This document shows positions 62,106 to 64,000 of a stretch of DNA of 64,000 nt, piece by piece. Position numbers and translations under genes: made by a program. Source of the stretch: Fimbriosthenelais zetlandica. Taxonomy: Eukaryota. Position 1 is the stretch's first letter, and each line of letters starts with the position of its first letter. The notes under the pieces are model-generated. The model saw only the letters and a program-made list of their open reading frames with translations, had not been told where the DNA came from and made no database searches. The DNA is taken from positions 19,344,001 through 19,408,000 of the forward strand of contig OZ365118.1 of the NCBI GenBank assembly GCA_977030845.1, in the 5' to 3' direction.

Positions 62106-64000
62106 CTAGTGGAGAGAAAAAGATTCATACTTTAGTACAGTGATAGGATAGAAAGTTTTAAGCACAGATTTAAGTATAAAGCAATGGCAATACATGTAAA
62201 GCCATCAAATGAAATATATTGAAGTAGCTAATCATTCATAGAACAGATTCATTGAATCATACATTGATGTATCCATAATTACTCTGGCAAGCAGACCCTT
62301 GAAAAGCAGTTGGACACATTGATGAACTTAAGATCAAGTCTTGATATAATGCTAAAGGGCTAGACGTTGATACCTTCAGTTTAGACTGTGCCCCAAAAGG
62401 ATTAATCAATGGATCCTTTACACAATGTATAAAATACCAGACCAGGGCGCCACCTCAGCTGCCCCTACAGCTCACAAGTTACCAGATGAGCCGATTGTGT
62501 GTAATAATCTCTACTTTAGAGATTAGTAATCTGGATTAGAGGGAGTGGGGATGGTATCACATGTCATGGTTAAAACGTTAATCTCAGGACAAACATGGAT
62601 TAACCATTATATCCGCTTATACTGGGGGGCTAGCCCCGCCATGGATGGCCAGATTAAGCCCCACATAATGCCCGTGACATCCTCAAAGTGTGCCCAGTAA
62701 AATATCCTACCAACATGAGATAAATTAACCCGCCCACAGACAAACATAGGGCCCATACATGCTAATTGCCATATTGCTGTGCCACCCCTCTCCTCCCATG
62801 CTAACATGTAGCATCCTACCTCCGAACTAGATTACATAAGTGGCAAGAGTTGAGCCAATGAGAGATCAAATTCATCTCAACGGTCCATGCCAATTAATAA
62901 CCAACCGATGGACAAATCCGACCTGTTTGTTCAAGCCTTAAGTATGGTCAAGTCTAATAATGATGGTCGAACCTATATCAATGGTCAATCCCATTAGGTC
63001 GGAGAAGTCTTATTGTTGCATGCATCTCTGCATTAGACGACATGTTAATGCTGACAACTCCTCAAAAAAAGTGACTTTTTGACCACTCGACTCTTTAGAA
63101 ATGCTAATGACAAGGTCCGATCTGTCGATAATGATTCCCTGTCAGACATGGCCGCCAAGAAAGGCAGATGAATGTTGACGTTGACACCTGTACATGACAC
63201 TTAGAGCGCGGAGTGAGGGGAGAGTGTCACTGTCACACCCCTATTGTTCTACCTTGATGGGTGGACACCTTGACAGGGTGTCTACCGCACGGAGAAAGGT
63301 GTCAGGAGATGTGCTAGTGATTAAGATCCCATTAATGTAAAAAATACACTCTAACCCCCGGTCATTTAGTGGTAAATTATAGGTGGGTCCGTGCCACGGA
63401 CAGCACCCTCACTGAATGTACTGAAAACCTCATATTATAGTAGAAAATGGACAAGATAATACTAACCAATGCCACAATTGTGCATGCAAATCATTTCTAC
63501 AATCTTAACCCGAGATTCTTTGGCAACTCTTGCAGAGATTTAATTATAATTGAGTCAAGAGTCTTTGCCATTCTAGCACCGACTCTTCGGCAAGTCCGGC
63601 CCATGCTGACTAGGATTCTCTCGGGGGTAAAATCCGCCTATTGTAAACTTTTAATGAAAAAGTCCCGAGGCAGCTCCCAAGTCAGACCTAATCCCCGCCC
63701 CCTGCTAAGTGGTCAGTCCCACCTGAAGTAAAGGTCCTTTTACTGTCCAGATCCCTCGGACACTGGTCACTAGATGGTCAGTAATAGCCAAGACACACTT
63801 CACATAGACGAGATGTGACCCCTTTACACCTTTCCACTCCAGATGTCCTGATCTAAGAAATCCAACCAAAATTGTTACTTTAAACTTCAAAAGGCTTATG
63901 TACATTTACAAAAGCGATTAGTCCCAAGGTCTGAATAGCATAGCATCTGTCTGCTATGGACAAATGTTTTGGTTTCATTACTGCTTACCTATGGCCATCC

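Overview
Eukaryotic (metazoan, probably invertebrate) genomic DNA with GT-AG spliceosomal introns; I see no prokaryotic features, CRISPR array, rRNA or tRNA. Three protein-coding genes can be reconstructed by hand. (1) The last four coding exons of mitochondrial ribosomal protein L28 (MRPL28/bL28m) on the + strand (1464-1607, 12816-12954, 13155-13182, 13365-13410). (2) Gene A, a two-exon, 744-aa Ser/Arg-rich, probably disordered protein on the - strand (5507-5115 + 4153-2312), nested antisense inside the 11.2-kb MRPL28 intron. (3) Gene B, a protein of at least 968 aa on the - strand (62062-61787 + 41128-38498, 20.7-kb intron). A and B are diverged tandem paralogs of a family I cannot name. They share an intron-straddling helical core, an RQT..PxGLSExD..ATRxS..LS block, an LGxRPPC motif, KEN boxes, a C-terminal DSGxx[S/T] degron-like motif and Pumilio-type 3' UTR elements. 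The remaining ~55 kb is non-coding, shows no recognisable transposon ORFs, and carries many TCF/LEF (CTTTGAT) motifs, several RFX X-box palindromes, a dense nuclear-receptor half-site cluster, and small tandem and inverted repeats. Best candidate novel system: an uncharacterised pair of possibly signal-responsive (Wnt/TCF) and short-lived scaffold-like proteins interleaved with a housekeeping gene. All functional assignments for A and B are inference from motifs; no database search was run.
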